From: a virus
IMG/VR virus record: IMGVR_UViG_3300041409_000623
Location: 3,547-67,546 of that record
Reading direction: 5' to 3' (one strand)
Length of the DNA: 64,000 nucleotides
The notes under the pieces are model-generated. The model ran no database searches and had not been told where the DNA came from. It was given only the letters and a program-made list of their open reading frames with translations. The position numbers and the translations under genes are program-made. This document shows positions 38,468 through 48,764 of this stretch, piece after piece. Each line of letters starts with the position of its first letter. Position 1 is the first letter of the stretch.

Positions 38468-39137
38468 ATGGAATCGACGATCGTCGTCGCGCACGGCGCG
38501 ATGTCTCAGTCGCAGTACGGCGTCACTGCCGAGCGCAGGCTGCAGAAGGCGATGGAAGACGCCGTGCTGCAGTGCAACGCCGAGGGCATCGCGAACGCGC
38601 ACGAGAACTCGGATGTCATTCGGCGACGCATGCATCAGGCGCACGATCGTGAGCTGATCGTCATCACGAAAGAAACCTACGACGCGCAGGTCACGCACCT
38701 GAATGAGGTGCACAAGCTGCGGCGCGAAGAACTCGACCGACTGCACGAAGAGAGCTTGGCGCAGGCTGCTCTCGGACTGCGAGAAGAACTCGCGGCCATC
38801 GAAGCGAGGATCCGCGATGCCTGACGCATACAAGACGCTCTATCGCGGGCAACTCGCGGCATCCGTTGCTACTATCTACACGGTGCCTGGGGCGACCGCC
38901 GCGATCATCAAGCATATCTCGGTGGTCAACAACGACAGCACCGATCGGACCTTCGCGCTCTATCGCAACGGAACTACTGCCGCGTTCATCTTCACGGCGC
39001 TAGCAGTGACCGTGCCTGCAGGCGGCAGCTGGGAGTGGGATGGCACGATGTCGCTCGAAGCAGCTGGAACAATCGCGGGCGTGGCGAGCGTTGCCAGTCA
39101 ATTGACCTGCATCATCGATGGAGACGAGGTCACGTAG
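38468..39137 (+). other. two CDSs (38468-38824 coiled coil; 38817-39137 beta-rich, TIYTVP)
   Basis: ORF track. Confidence 0.6.
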
Positions 39138-40748
39138 TTGCCGACGAAGATCGGGACGTTGGCGTTCGGCACCTATGCCGCTGGTCCTGGCCTCGCGGGT
39201 CAGAATCATCTCATCTACGCGGTGAACGCGAAGACGTGGTGGTTTTTCGTCATCACGAGCGCGGCCGATACGCCTGGAACGCCTGGGACGCACGCCATCA
39301 AGTCCTACTACAGTTCCAGCCAAAACCTGTTCACCGCCACGTGGACTGCGGGAATCGACAGTCCGAACTTCGACGGCACTGGGAACAACGGCCTCGCGCG
39401 ATTCGACAGCGGGCGCGCGCTGGGCGTGTTGTATTGGAACAACGGCGGTGGAACGAAGAAGGACATCGTGTTGATGACCGCCGGGATGCAGAGCACCGAC
39501 AAGCTGACTGGCGGCACGTCTTATCAAGGGTTCATTCGCGCGTCGCTGACGGCGAACACGATCACGTGGGGCAACTGGGGCGGGTACTCGACGCCTCCGT
39601 GGAACAACTTGGCAGGTCACACCTTTCAAGCCGGTAGTGCCATCGGCCGAACCGCAGACGGTTACATTCAAACGGCGAGCATGTATCTGCATTCGGAGGT
39701 GGATGCCGCCGTCGTCACGTCGGTCGATCCGGACATCGGCGACACGTGGAACGAAGGCGCGTTGAACGCCACGGGCAATCACGTCAACGGGAGCGCGGTG
39801 ATCACGGGCATGTCGAATCAGACGCGCCTGGAAGTTGGGATGGCGTTGTCGTCGGAAGGCACGGACTGGAACATCTGTCGATACCCTCGCGTGATCAGCA
39901 TCGATTCGCCGACGCAGGTCACGATGTCCCATACGGCGCAAGTCACCGTCAACGGTGTCAACCTCCGATGGTGGCAGGGCACGGGTGGATCGAACCGCGT
40001 GCAGCTCGATACGCCGATGATCGATACGTCGATGCCGAACGAGTGTCAGTGCTACGGGTTCGCGCCACTCGATAACAACGGCATGTTGGCGGTTTACGAT
40101 TCTGGAGCGGGCGTGCCGCCGAATTTTACCGAACTGCTCTCGATCAAGGCGAATCAGACGCAAGCGCAAGGATTCTGGCCGGCGACGTCGGCTCCGGGGA
40201 CGGCCGTCTTCGGCTCATCCGTCACCAATGACATTCAGGATTGGTGTCTCGTCTGGGTGGACACGCAGAACATCTTTTGCGCGCGGCGCACGTCCAACAC
40301 GGCCATCGCCGTTCGTCAATATAACACTGGGGCGAATACGTGGGCCGCTACGCCGTCACAACCTCCAGCGTTCGGAGGCGTGATCAAGGCTGGCGGCGGC
40401 GTCGTCGGCGTGACGAACAACGTCGATTTCTGGCTGTTCGTGATCGACGGTACGAACAACGTCATCAGCTCTGTCAAATACAACGCAGCATTCGATACGT
40501 GGGGCGCATGGACGACGGTGAGTGCCGTCGATAGCACGGCGAAGTATCTCTCGTGCTCGTTGGTCCTCGGACCGGCGACCGGCGTCTTGTCGCAAGCGGG
40601 TCTCATCTACCAAGTGACCAATGGCGGCAGCTTCGACGCGTATGTCGCGCCGTTTCTCGCAGGCGACCCACCGGACTGGGAGAACATCAACACGCGGCCT
40701 AGCTTTCAGTATCAGCGCGGAGCCTCGTTTTCGTCAGGAGTGCGCTAG
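39138..40748 (+). CDS. Trp/Gly/Thr-rich putative virion or receptor-binding protein
   Basis: TTG start with GAGG RBS; beta-rich composition. Confidence 0.6.
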   Translation: MPTKIGTLAFGTYAAGPGLAGQNHLIYAVNAKTWWFFVITSAADTPGTPGTHAIKSYYSSSQNLFTATWTAGIDSPNFDGTGNNGLARFDSGRALGVLYWNNGGGTKKDIVLMTAGMQSTDKLTGGTSYQGFIRASLTANTITWGNWGGYSTPPWNNLAGHTFQAGSAIGRTADGYIQTASMYLHSEVDAAVVTSVDPDIGDTWNEGALNATGNHVNGSAVITGMSNQTRLEVGMALSSEGTDWNICRYPRVISIDSPTQVTMSHTAQVTVNGVNLRWWQGTGGSNRVQLDTPMIDTSMPNECQCYGFAPLDNNGMLAVYDSGAGVPPNFTELLSIKANQTQAQGFWPATSAPGTAVFGSSVTNDIQDWCLVWVDTQNIFCARRTSNTAIAVRQYNTGANTWAATPSQPPAFGGVIKAGGGVVGVTNNVDFWLFVIDGTNNVISSVKYNAAFDTWGAWTTVSAVDSTAKYLSCSLVLGPATGVLSQAGLIYQVTNGGSFDAYVAPFLAGDPPDWENINTRPSFQYQRGASFSSGVR

Positions 40749-40751
40749 GTC

Positions 40752-41459
40752 ATGCAGAATACCTACGACGCGAATGGCCTGCCTCTGGGATCGGCTCCTC
40801 CTGGATTCAAGTTGCTATCGATCAGTTACATCCAGCAGGGCACTACCACGTATACGGTGCCTGCGTGGTGTCGTGCGATTCGAGTCACGTGCGTCGGCGC
40901 AGGAGGAGCTGGCGGCGGCGTAGCCACGGCCGCGACGAACTCTGGTGCCGCAGGCGGCGGAGGCGGCGGTGCGGTCAGTCAGACGTGGAAGGTCACGCCG
41001 AAGCTGACGGCCTTCACCGTGGCGGTTGGTGCTGGAGGAACTGCAGCGGCAGCGGGCGCGAACAATGGGAACGCTGGCGGCGATACGACGTTCGATTCTC
41101 CCGCGATCTGCACCGCGAAGGGTGGTTCCGGTGGACTTGCTGACACCATCGCGACCATTCACGTCGGTGGGTTGGGCGGCGCAGGTGGCGTGAGTGCATC
41201 TGGCGTCGGGGATCTGAAGCTCGCTGGCTCGGACGGTGAAGAAGGACTCGCACTCGCAGCGGCGCAAGCGGTCAGCGGCGCTGGAGGGAACGGTTATCAC
41301 GGCAGCGGTTCGACGGGTGGAAAGAAGGCGCAGGGTGCAGGCGCGGCTGGCGGCGTCTACGGCGGCGGCGGTTCGGGAGGATGCGCGCTCAGCGGCGGTG
41401 CGTCTGTCGCCGGTGGAGCCGGAGCGAACGGCGTCATCATCGTAGAAGAGTTCGCCTGA
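40752..41459 (+). CDS. glycine-rich domain virion protein
   Basis: TYTVPA...VGAGGAGGG...GANGVIIVEEF. Confidence 0.75.
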   Translation: MQNTYDANGLPLGSAPPGFKLLSISYIQQGTTTYTVPAWCRAIRVTCVGAGGAGGGVATAATNSGAAGGGGGGAVSQTWKVTPKLTAFTVAVGAGGTAAAAGANNGNAGGDTTFDSPAICTAKGGSGGLADTIATIHVGGLGGAGGVSASGVGDLKLAGSDGEEGLALAAAQAVSGAGGNGYHGSGSTGGKKAQGAGAAGGVYGGGGSGGCALSGGASVAGGAGANGVIIVEEFA

Positions 41460-43318
41460 TGTCTTACAATCTCTTCGAGAAATACCAGAACGCGAAATAT
41501 CGACGAGAGAGCGCAGCCGCTGCGTCTTCGGCAGGATCGTCGACGGGTGCATCGTCGCTCGCTGCAGTTGGTTCGGCGCTCATCATCGCCGTCGGCTCGC
41601 TCAGCGGCACGAGCGCGCTGGCGGCCGTCGGGAAGTCGACGGCGACTGCGGTCGGGAACCTGTCCGGCGCCTCTGCGCTCGTCGCGACGGCTGCGGCCAC
41701 CGGCAGCCTGTCCGGTGCATCGTCGCTCAGCGCGACGGGCGCGGCGACCGCTAGCAGTGCAGGCAGTCTATCGGGCGCCTCGGCGCTCGCTGGCGTAGGC
41801 GCTTCCTCAGCGGTTGGAGCGGGCAGCCTCTCGGGCGCCTCGTCTCTTGCTGGCGTCGGCAGGTCTACCGCGTCATCGGATGGTAGTCTCTCGGGCGCGT
41901 CGTCGCTCGCGGCGACCGGTGCGGCTGCCTCGGTCGGCGTCGGCTCGCTGAGCGGCGCATCTTCGCTTGCAGGCGTCAACGCTGCCACGCCGTCCGGTGC
42001 GCTTGCCGGGTCTTCGTCGCTCTCAGGTGTCGGCGCGAGCACAGTGCTTGCCGTCGGCAGCCTGTCGGGCGCGTCGTCGCTCGCGGCGACCGGCGCAGCC
42101 GCGTCTGCAGGCGTCGGCGCGCTCAGTGGCGCGAGCGCGCTGGCTGGCGTAGGCAAGTCGACCGTCAGCGCGGTCGGCAGCCTGTCGGGCGCATCGTCTC
42201 TCATAGGCGTGAATGGCGCCGTGAACAACGGGTCGCTCAGCGGCGCGAGCGCGCTGGCTGGCGTCGGCGCCTCGAAGTTCACGGCCATCGGCGCGCTTGC
42301 GGGTGCGAGCGCGCTTGCGGCGACCGGACGCAGCACTATCATCGGCGACGGAAGCGTCGTCGGCGCTACGAGCCTTGCGGCAATCGGTCTCGCGACCGCC
42401 AGCGCGGTCGGCAGTCTCTCAGGCGCGACGGCGCTCGACGCGTCTTCGCGCGGACCGAGGATCTCGATCATCGTCGGCGCAGGGAGCTTCACGCCGATCA
42501 TTCAGGCGGTCGGCAGCGCACCGTCTGCGGTCGCGAACGATCTCATGTACGCGCAGGTCGTGCTGGCAAGCGCTCCGTGGGGGTACTGGCAGATCGACGA
42601 AACGGGTCCGGTCGTCGGAAGCAAGCAGGCATTGGACAGCAGCGGCAATGATCACCACGGTCTATATGCTGGCGACATTATTCTTGAGAAACCTGGTCTC
42701 GTGCACGACGGGGCGACTGCTGGCGCGTTCGCCACGATTTCCGGCAGCGCCAAGCTTTCGAACTTCGGAAATCCTCCGCTCGTCAACGAACTATCGATCG
42801 AAGCGTGGGTTCAGCCTATCGACTTGCCGTTCGTTGACGTCAAGACGCTGTTCTGGTCCACGGGCGCGCAGCTCCTGCTGATGCCGACGAGTCCAGTTCC
42901 GGACGGACGCGCGTTCGTCGCCTGGATGACGAACGAATGGACGGTGGAGGCAGGCGAAGACGTCAACGTGCTGACCGAGATCGACGGCGGCATCATCGAG
43001 CCTGGGCGCATCTATCATGTCGTCGGCGTGCGCTCGGCGATCGGTCGTTCGATCTACGTTAACGGCGTGCTCGTGAGCGACGAGGCGCGAGCGACGACAT
43101 GGGACCCCATCAACTTGTGTCAGTGGGGTTCGACGCGTGGCGTTGGACTCGACGTCGTCGGAGTGCTTGATAACTTGGCGATCTACGCGCGAGCGTTGAG
43201 TGCGGCAGAGGTCTTGGCGCACTATCAAGCAGCCGCTGCGGTGTCGTTGGCTGGCGGCGGCAGTTCGACGACGACCATCATCGGCACTGGTTCGACGAAG
43301 AGCATCGAGGTCGTTTAG
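41459..43318 (+). CDS. Ser/Ala/Gly repeat stalk + LamG/concanavalin-A-like lectin domain protein
   Basis: about 15 repeats of GSLSGASxLA with ~20-aa period; LSIEAWV, YHVVGV, IYVNG, LDNLAIYARALSAAEV. Confidence 0.8.
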   Translation: MSYNLFEKYQNAKYRRESAAAASSAGSSTGASSLAAVGSALIIAVGSLSGTSALAAVGKSTATAVGNLSGASALVATAAATGSLSGASSLSATGAATASSAGSLSGASALAGVGASSAVGAGSLSGASSLAGVGRSTASSDGSLSGASSLAATGAAASVGVGSLSGASSLAGVNAATPSGALAGSSSLSGVGASTVLAVGSLSGASSLAATGAAASAGVGALSGASALAGVGKSTVSAVGSLSGASSLIGVNGAVNNGSLSGASALAGVGASKFTAIGALAGASALAATGRSTIIGDGSVVGATSLAAIGLATASAVGSLSGATALDASSRGPRISIIVGAGSFTPIIQAVGSAPSAVANDLMYAQVVLASAPWGYWQIDETGPVVGSKQALDSSGNDHHGLYAGDIILEKPGLVHDGATAGAFATISGSAKLSNFGNPPLVNELSIEAWVQPIDLPFVDVKTLFWSTGAQLLLMPTSPVPDGRAFVAWMTNEWTVEAGEDVNVLTEIDGGIIEPGRIYHVVGVRSAIGRSIYVNGVLVSDEARATTWDPINLCQWGSTRGVGLDVVGVLDNLAIYARALSAAEVLAHYQAAAAVSLAGGGSSTTTIIGTGSTKSIEVV

Positions 43319-43707
43319 TGGCGAGAGAGTTCAACATCACAGCGACCGACAAGTTCTTCCTGGGTGAAGACAAGGTCATCGACCTGACGATCTTCGGGCA
43401 GGACGACGCGACACCGTTCGACGTGACCGGACTTCCGCTCGAATGGAACATGAGGAAGACGGACCAAGCGGCCGACCCTGCACTGCTGGTCAAGGGCGTC
43501 GGGACCGGACTTTCGATCGTCGGCGTCTACAACGCAGTGCCAGCGGTGAACACGCAGCGCGTGCGCCTGACGTTCGCGGCTGCGGATACGGCGACCGGAT
43601 TGAAGGCGAATGTCGCCTATCGGCACTCGCTCAAGCGCCTCGACGTCGGGAACAAGGGCATCTTTTCGTACGGCTCGTTGACGTTCTTGCAGGCGACGGA
43701 GCACTAG
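43318..43707 (+). CDS. putative structural protein (Ig-like/BppU-N-like)
   Basis: PFDVTG...LTFAAADT...YRHSL pattern. Confidence 0.5.
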   Translation: MAREFNITATDKFFLGEDKVIDLTIFGQDDATPFDVTGLPLEWNMRKTDQAADPALLVKGVGTGLSIVGVYNAVPAVNTQRVRLTFAAADTATGLKANVAYRHSLKRLDVGNKGIFSYGSLTFLQATEH

Positions 43708-43710
43708 CAC

Positions 43711-44307
43711 ATGGCCGTGATTCTCGACGCCACGCCCGGCGCTGCGACGGCGAACTCCTACTGCACGGTCGCGCGCGGGCAGCAGTACTTCGACATGCGC
43801 CTTCCGGTCGCCGGGTGGGACAATGCAGACAGTCAAGCCGTGCTCCTGATGATGGCCACGCGCGTGATCGACGCGTCGTTGTCGTCTCGTCGCACGTTCA
43901 TGCCGCCGATAGGCAACGGTCGCGGCGGTTACTACGTCAATAGGCCGACGTGGACCGGCCTGCGTGCTGCGGGGAACCTCAGTAAGCTGGCGTGGACGCG
44001 CAGCGGCATGTACGACCGCAACGGTATCCTCATACCCGAGAACGTCTTCCCGGATGAACTCGCGGACGCGACGGCCGAATTGGCTGGCGCGCTCGGCACG
44101 AAGGACACGACGCTCGACAACAGCATCGTTGTGAAAGGCATCACGGACATCAAGGCGGGTCCGATCAGCCTTTCGTTCGCGTCCGGCGCTGCGTGGTATT
44201 CGAAGCCGCTGCCAGAGTCGGTGCTCGACCTGCTCGTTCCATCGTGGATGACGCTGCAGAGCATCGATTCGATGTACGACGCGACGTTCGCAGTGGTGAG
44301 CGAATGA
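43711..44307 (+). CDS. head-tail adaptor (DnaT-like annotated family)
   Basis: ANSYCTV...ATRVID...LAWTR...ATAELA...KAGPIS. Confidence 0.75.
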   Translation: MAVILDATPGAATANSYCTVARGQQYFDMRLPVAGWDNADSQAVLLMMATRVIDASLSSRRTFMPPIGNGRGGYYVNRPTWTGLRAAGNLSKLAWTRSGMYDRNGILIPENVFPDELADATAELAGALGTKDTTLDNSIVVKGITDIKAGPISLSFASGAAWYSKPLPESVLDLLVPSWMTLQSIDSMYDATFAVVSE

Positions 44308-44699
44308 GCCTGGCCGACGACATCCGCGAGGCGATCGGCATCGCGCGCACCGAGACGCTGGACTTGCACGTGACCGTGACGCACCACGCGTGGATCGGGC
44401 AGTCGTTCGACGGCTCGCCGCAGTACCTCGACGTGCAGCGCTTGGCGATCGTCGAGCGCAAGCAGAAGATCGTGCGGAACTTGCAGACCGGGCAGCAGGA
44501 CGTGTCGAACACCTACATCGGACTCCTCGAGGAAATCGCGCCGACGACGCCGAACCCTGGCTACTTGCGCACGAATCCGGTCGACGTCGACGACACGTTC
44601 ACGCTCTCGGACGGAACGCTTGTGACCGTGCTTGCGGTCGATGGGTTCTTCGACGGCGGCACTGGCGTGCCGTTCTATTCACAGGTGTGGGGTGGATGA
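44304..44699 (+). CDS. putative head-closure protein
   Basis: synteny after adaptor, ATGA overlap. Confidence 0.55.
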   Translation: MSLADDIREAIGIARTETLDLHVTVTHHAWIGQSFDGSPQYLDVQRLAIVERKQKIVRNLQTGQQDVSNTYIGLLEEIAPTTPNPGYLRTNPVDVDDTFTLSDGTLVTVLAVDGFFDGGTGVPFYSQVWGG

Positions 44700-45454
44700 T
44701 CACGATCTGTTTGACGTATTTCAAGAGCCTGACGCTGGCGAACCTCGCCGCAGCGCTTTATTCCGTGCGACGACAGGACCTCTCGCGCGTGAGCGAGGTC
44801 ATCATCGTAGACAACGACACGCCAGACTCGTTGGAGATGATTCGCGCGGTCGTGCATCCCGAAACGTTCCCGGTGCCAGTGCGCTTGCTCTCATTCAAGC
44901 ATGGCGATCCGTCGAAGGCGCACGCGTGGTCGACGAACGTCGCCGTTCTGGCGGTGCAGACGCAGTGGGTGCTGTTCACGCGTGCTGACTACCTGTTGGA
45001 CTTTTCGCTCGTCAAGCGGTTCGTCGACACGGTCGAATCGACGTCCGACTGGAACGTTTTCGTGACGAGCAGCATGCGGCACCTTCACGTCGACATCGCG
45101 ACCGTTGAATCGTTCGTGTGGCGGCAAGATTCGAGGGTGCTTGGTCGGCTCGAAGGCGTGCAGGCTGACTACACGAACATCGATTCAGGCGTGTGGATGG
45201 CCCAGCGAGATGCGTTCGTGCGCATCGGAGGGTTGAACGAGAAGCTATCGGCGTGGGGTCACGCGCAGACCGAGTTTCAACATCGGTTGTGGAAGGCAGG
45301 CACCGAGTTCGTGCGTCTCGACGAGGTGCTGTTCTTTCATCCGCTGCACGCAGCGCCGCGCGACATGAACTTAGCGAACCAGCAACTGCGGGACCTCGGC
45401 ATCGACATCCACGAACTGTGGAAGCGACACGAGAAGATGTCGCCATACCGATGA
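44696..45454 (+). CDS. glycosyltransferase, GT-A (GT2-like)
   Basis: EVIIVDN, FTRAD, IGGLNEKLSAWG, FHPLH. Confidence 0.8.
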   Translation: MITICLTYFKSLTLANLAAALYSVRRQDLSRVSEVIIVDNDTPDSLEMIRAVVHPETFPVPVRLLSFKHGDPSKAHAWSTNVAVLAVQTQWVLFTRADYLLDFSLVKRFVDTVESTSDWNVFVTSSMRHLHVDIATVESFVWRQDSRVLGRLEGVQADYTNIDSGVWMAQRDAFVRIGGLNEKLSAWGHAQTEFQHRLWKAGTEFVRLDEVLFFHPLHAAPRDMNLANQQLRDLGIDIHELWKRHEKMSPYR

Positions 45455-46146
45455 GACCTTACAATCGCTCGCTGCACCCGGACGACTACGACTTCTTGAA
45501 GCCGTACACGATACCGCTGCGCATCTTCCAGAGCGACATGGTCAAGAACTGCGTGCCGCACCGCGACTGGCACCCACACCGCTTCTGGGAGTATGCGTCG
45601 ATCCTGCAGCAGCTCGATGAACTCGGCGTGCCTCGCGATGCCGAGATGATCGACGTCGGCTCGGGCGCGTCGTTCTTCGACCCGTACCTGGCGATGCTCT
45701 ATCCGCGCCTCTGCTGCACGGACTCGATGAAGTATGGCGACATCACGCCGATGGTCGAAGCCCAGCGCATGGCCTACGACGTGGTCATGCCACTCTTCGA
45801 TCTACCACTCGAGGATATGTCTTCGTGGCCTTATCCGGTATTCGACGTAACGATGTGCATCTCGACGATCGAGCACGTCGATGATCACGACGCGGCGATG
45901 CGCGAGCTAGTGCGCATCACGAAGCCCGGCGGTTACGTCATGATCACCTCGGATTACTTCCGCGACATCGAACAGTGGGAGGCGTCGCCGTCGCGACATC
46001 TGCAGGTCACGCCATATATGCAGGCGTTCGTCGAGACGCTGCCAGTGCGGTTCGGACTGGAGTTTGTCGGGCCGACTGATTTCGCGTACGCGGGCGACTT
46101 CGTGCACACGTATTCGTTCGTGAACCTCTGCATGCGGAAGCCATGA
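45451..46146 (+). CDS. class I SAM-dependent methyltransferase
   Basis: IDVGSG, FDVTMCISTIEHV, RITKPGG. Confidence 0.88.
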   Translation: MRPYNRSLHPDDYDFLKPYTIPLRIFQSDMVKNCVPHRDWHPHRFWEYASILQQLDELGVPRDAEMIDVGSGASFFDPYLAMLYPRLCCTDSMKYGDITPMVEAQRMAYDVVMPLFDLPLEDMSSWPYPVFDVTMCISTIEHVDDHDAAMRELVRITKPGGYVMITSDYFRDIEQWEASPSRHLQVTPYMQAFVETLPVRFGLEFVGPTDFAYAGDFVHTYSFVNLCMRKP

Positions 46147-46277
46147 AAAGTGTAAGACGGTTTCGCATATTGCGCTGTCGCTCGTGCGGTCATAAGAGAC
46201 GAAGATTTACGGTATTAGATAAGAAGCGGATCGTTTGCAGTCAAGGGCACATCTACTTCGGTTCTTTAGATTCGTAA
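46143..46277 (+). CDS. 44-aa basic Cys/His peptide (not in ORF track)
   Basis: MKSVRRFRILRCRSCGHK...VCSQGH...; ATGA overlap. Confidence 0.35.
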   Translation: MKSVRRFRILRCRSCGHKRRRFTVLDKKRIVCSQGHIYFGSLDS

Positions 46278-46332
46278 ACCATGACCAGCATCCACTCGGC
46301 AACGCGCCGTGACAACGGAAAAGGTTGATACC

Positions 46333-47931
46333 ATGAGCAAGATACTTACGATGGCGTCGTCCGGCTATCAGATGAGCGACGCGTCGCTCTGCGGCACGAT
46401 GCCGTCGTCCGGACTGCCGATCAAGCGCATACCGCGCAAGAAGATTCATTGCATCCTGCCGTCATCGCCGTGGCTGGCCGACTCGAAGACGAACGTGCCG
46501 CTCGGCGTGCTCTATATCGCTGGACTGCTGAGGGAGCATGGGCATGAAATCGTCGTCACGTCGATGCTCGACAAAAGATACGAAGGCAACATCCATCTTC
46601 CGGACGCCGTTATGGATTCCGATGTCCACATGTTCGGATTCTGTACTCCTCAGTTTGGAGAGGCTCTTGAGCTGGCCGCATACATCCGAGATCGTGCACC
46701 TGAAGCGCTGCTCGTGGCTGGTGGTCCTCACCCTTCGTACGAACCGCGCGAAGTCAAAGAAGCGGGCAGGCAGGAGAACTACCACTACAAAGGCGCGTTG
46801 AACGCGCGTCGCGACTATCGCGCAGCCGACGGCCGCGCGCTCTTCGACACGGTTATCGTCATGGAAGGCGAGGTCGCGACGCTGCAGATGTTGACCGACT
46901 GGGACGCAGGCAAACTGCAGCCGTATTACTACGGCGACAAGTCCGACGCGATGGACCTCGACGCGATTCCGTTCCCGGCGTGGGACCTGCTGCCGCACGA
47001 CCACATCTACAACGACGGCGTGGCCGTGATGAAGCACAAGTACTTCCCGAATGCGGCGCACCCGGAGGCGTCGAGCGCCGTGATGTCGCTCATCGGAACG
47101 CGCGGGTGCCCATACAAGTGCACCTACTGCTCGACGCCGTGGATCGGGCAGAAGCCGCGCTATCGCTCGCCGCACAACATCATCGCCGAGATGTCGCAGG
47201 TGATGGACAAAGGCGTGCGGATGTTCAAGTTCCAGGACGACACCTACACGCTGCACAAGACGAAGCTTCGCGAGCTGGCGACGGCCGTCCGCTCGGCGCT
47301 CGGTCCTGACTCGTTCGCGGCGCGCATCCACACGCGCGTCAACACGATGGACGACCACGTCGCCGAGTCACTCAAGCTGATGAACACGAAGGTCACGTGC
47401 TTCGGCATCGAGAGCGGCGCGCAGAGCGTGCTCGACGCGAACCAGAAGGGCACGACCGTCGCGCAGAACACGGCGGCGCTGAAGAAGGCGCGCGAGCACG
47501 GGTTCTTCACCATCGCGTTCATGGTCATCGGCATGGCTGGCGAGACGATGGAGACGATGAAGCAGACGCAAGACTGGCTGCTGTCGGTCAAGCCGTATCT
47601 CGATTCGTGCAACTTAGCCGTCGGCATTCCCTATCCGGGCAGCCGATGGTGGACGCACCCGCAGGAGAGCGGCATCGACATCGTCGATTACAACTATGAC
47701 AACCAGTGGATCGTCGGCTTCTCCGCGCGCGACGAGATCCTCGTGCGTCCGCACGGCGCGACTGTCGAGGAGATGTTCAAGATCAAGCGCGAGATGTTCG
47801 ATTTCCTCGTCTATCACGGATGGGCCAAGGCCGAGTGGGACGAAGACGTGCGCATCAAGCAACAGCAGCAAGAGGCGGTCGAGCACGGCGTGCTGACGGC
47901 CGCGAGCGGATTGACGTATGCCGGTCATTGA
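46333..47931 (+). CDS. B12-binding-domain radical SAM enzyme
   Basis: PLGVLYIA, GGPHPS, MEGE; TRGCPYKCTYC (CxxxCxxC), FQDD, GIESG, PYPGS. Confidence 0.92.
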   Translation: MSKILTMASSGYQMSDASLCGTMPSSGLPIKRIPRKKIHCILPSSPWLADSKTNVPLGVLYIAGLLREHGHEIVVTSMLDKRYEGNIHLPDAVMDSDVHMFGFCTPQFGEALELAAYIRDRAPEALLVAGGPHPSYEPREVKEAGRQENYHYKGALNARRDYRAADGRALFDTVIVMEGEVATLQMLTDWDAGKLQPYYYGDKSDAMDLDAIPFPAWDLLPHDHIYNDGVAVMKHKYFPNAAHPEASSAVMSLIGTRGCPYKCTYCSTPWIGQKPRYRSPHNIIAEMSQVMDKGVRMFKFQDDTYTLHKTKLRELATAVRSALGPDSFAARIHTRVNTMDDHVAESLKLMNTKVTCFGIESGAQSVLDANQKGTTVAQNTAALKKAREHGFFTIAFMVIGMAGETMETMKQTQDWLLSVKPYLDSCNLAVGIPYPGSRWWTHPQESGIDIVDYNYDNQWIVGFSARDEILVRPHGATVEEMFKIKREMFDFLVYHGWAKAEWDEDVRIKQQQQEAVEHGVLTAASGLTYAGH

Positions 47932-48097
47932 TCCGCGCTATCAACTGTCGGAACTCCTGCGCAGCTGCTCGATCTGCTACGAGGAGTATTGCGGGAACGT
48001 CGGGACTATCACGGACGATGAAGGCAACCTGACGGAGGAGCAGATTCCGATCGTGCTCGAATACATGAACCGCTTTCATCTGAACCATGTTCACTAA
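47918..48097 (+). CDS. 59-aa acidic Cys-containing peptide (not in ORF track)
   Basis: MPVIDPRYQLSELLRSCSICYEEYCGNVGTITDDEGNLTEEQIPIVLEYMNRFHLNHVH*; fills the gap, overlapping both neighbours. Confidence 0.55.
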   Translation: MPVIDPRYQLSELLRSCSICYEEYCGNVGTITDDEGNLTEEQIPIVLEYMNRFHLNHVH

Positions 48098-48764
48098 GGT
48101 CTCGGTGCTCGTGCCTACGCGCGGGCGCGTGGCGCGCTTGCGGACGCTGCTGGACTCGTACGATGCGACGACGTTCGGCGAGCTGTCCGAGCTTGTCTTT
48201 CGCATCGACGAAGACGACGAGGCGACGCGCGAGTTTTTTCAGTTCAGCAGACATAGAGTCATCGTCGGTCCGCGCGGCAAAGGTTACGGAGACATGCCGA
48301 CGTTCTTCAACGAGCTGGCGCGCTCCTCGATGGGCGACGTGTTGCTTTGCGGCAACGATGACATGGTGTTCAAGACGGTGGGATGGGCGTCGTTGATCCT
48401 GCAAGCGGCGAATCAGTATCCCGACGGCTTGTTCAACCTCGGCGTCAGCACGTTCAACGAGGATCATTACCCGTTCTCGACCGTGTCGAAGCACGTCGTC
48501 GACAAACTCGGGTTCCTCTGGGACCCACGCATCTTCTGGGGCGACATCTACCTGCGCGACGTGATGGGTTGCCTCGGACGACTCGAAAAACTTCCCGGCG
48601 TCGTCATCGATCACGACTGGGCTGGAAACGACCCGGATCGCACGTTCGAGGAGTCCGACAAAGACATCGTGTGTCGCGTGCCGGACTATTGGACGGTGGT
48701 GCACGCGCAGGCCGTCGCCGAGGCTGTCGAGAAACTGAAGGAGCTGCATCATGTCGGGCGTTAG
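48087..48764 (+). CDS. glycosyltransferase, GT-A
   Basis: VSVLVPTRGR, IDEDD, GNDD. Confidence 0.8.
   Translation: MFTKVSVLVPTRGRVARLRTLLDSYDATTFGELSELVFRIDEDDEATREFFQFSRHRVIVGPRGKGYGDMPTFFNELARSSMGDVLLCGNDDMVFKTVGWASLILQAANQYPDGLFNLGVSTFNEDHYPFSTVSKHVVDKLGFLWDPRIFWGDIYLRDVMGCLGRLEKLPGVVIDHDWAGNDPDRTFEESDKDIVCRVPDYWTVVHAQAVAEAVEKLKELHHVGR

Noticed and set aside
38817-41459. Three consecutive ORFs in one frame separated by TAG (39135, 40746), also 43705: possible amber readthrough or recoding
   Set aside because: Each downstream ORF has its own RBS and start; other TAG stops (36195, 43318, 52497) are followed by out-of-frame genes; no suppressor tRNA seen.
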